A DNA stretch of 63,996 nucleotides, filler included, from Diploschistes diacapsis (lineage: Eukaryota), in assembly GCA_023645945.1 (NCBI GenBank). It is 7 parts of 7 records of this genome, joined end to end, with 100 filler letters (N's around TTAATTAATTAA, not from the genome) between each part and the next. Parts side by side here need not be neighbours in the genome. Positions count along the whole stretch, not along the records: positions 58,998 to 63,996 come from JALAIB010001621.1; 6 more parts are not named here. One strand, 5' to 3'. The notes under the pieces are model-generated. The model was not told the DNA's origin, did no database searches, and worked only from the letters and a program-made list of their open reading frames with translations. The translations under genes and the position numbers were made by a program. Of this stretch, positions 63,266-63,996 are shown piece after piece (position 1 is the first letter of the stretch; each line of letters starts with the position of its first letter).

Positions 63266-63661
63266 TCATTTCCCTTCTGCTCTCTGCTTCATCTTGAGCT
63301 TTAGAAGATTCACCTTAGGACAGCTAACTGTTTGTCCCTCATCGCCATGCCTTTGGTAGAAGAGGTTGCAGCAGGCATACAAGGCATCAATCTGGTCCTG
63401 ACATTTCTCTTCTTTGTACGAATTCTTACCCAAACATGCTATTGAATGTTGATTAGCGTCCAACACATGATATTGTTGTGTAGTCCATACCCTGTATCGC
63501 GCACTGCAAGCAGAACATGTTAGTCACTGACGGTGAGAAAAGCGACTCTGGCCTTACAGCCTGTGGATGGCATGGAGGGTCAGATTTCAATCCATCTTCA
63601 GGACTCTGCAGGCACTCATTAGCATAAACCGAAGGTGACACGAGAGGGACAGTTCCACCAT
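63266..63661 (-). CDS. CMC4: Cx9C-motif mitochondrial protein (MTCP1/CMC4 family); first exon uncertain
   Basis: Spliced PPCHPQA/CAIQ/CLGKNSYKEEKCQDQIDALYACCNLFY...VSCPKVNLLKLK. Confidence 0.85.
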
Positions 63662-63883
63662 TATGCAGTTACGTATCTTGTAACGAGAAGAGTCAATCTG
63701 ATAGCTTATATACGCAGTTTAAGTAATTAGTGTTACGAACCGTACTTAAGCACCGAGGCCTGATCGTGGGTTTCCTATAGGGCAAGGAAAAGAAAAATAA
63801 ACGAGGGTTAAAGGGTTTGGGTGGTATGTGATAACGAAATAAATATTTCACACAAACAAGGGAATTATCGATTATTTAATATA

Positions 63884-63996
63884 ACGTGTTTCACTACATA
63901 ACGGGTTACACCATAAAGCGGGTTATAATCCCTGCACCTTCGTAAAATGTATTTCTTAACATTTTCACCTTTTGTACAAATAATTTTATATGTGGT
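63884..63996 (+). mobile_element. Probable left end of a second pogo/Fot1-like element
   Basis: TA|ACGTGTTT, the same first 8 nt as 5868, followed by internal direct repeats ATAACGGGTTACA / ATAAAGCGGGTTATA. AT-rich to the window end. Confidence 0.6.

Noticed and set aside
1..63996. CRISPR arrays, rRNA, spliceosomal snRNAs, prokaryotic systems
   Set aside because: The sequence is intron-rich fungal DNA; no repeat-spacer arrays or diagnostic RNA motifs were seen.

Overview
This is a eukaryotic window from a filamentous ascomycete (Pezizomycotina-like) scaffold. Seven contigs are joined by six artificial 100-bp linkers (44 N + TTAATTAATTAA + 44 N). Intron-containing housekeeping genes dominate: mitochondrial PheRS, RFC1, folliculin/LST7, alpha-SNAP, a CHY zinc-finger protein, BCKDH E1-beta, pyruvate decarboxylase, malic enzyme, a HAM1-like protein, BTN1, an SDR, NDUFB8, a C2/MUN protein, NUP84 and CMC4. 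Also present are three disabled genes (O-methyltransferase, DHA2 MFS pump, ECM4-type GST), two tandem Cys-motif orphan genes and several DNA-transposon ends with RIP-type C>T/G>A damage. The most notable region is a 6-kb AT-rich contig (6068-12033). It holds at least three RIP-destroyed non-transposase genes, one with ankyrin repeats, and lies between ~100-bp Fot1/pogo-like inverted ends, which suggests a cargo-carrying mobile element relic. Other leads are a hairpin-dense candidate ncRNA (~36450-36830), long introns with cryptic exons in the CHY gene, and a W/N/G prion-like tail. All calls come from reading and translating the sequence by eye; no database searches were run.
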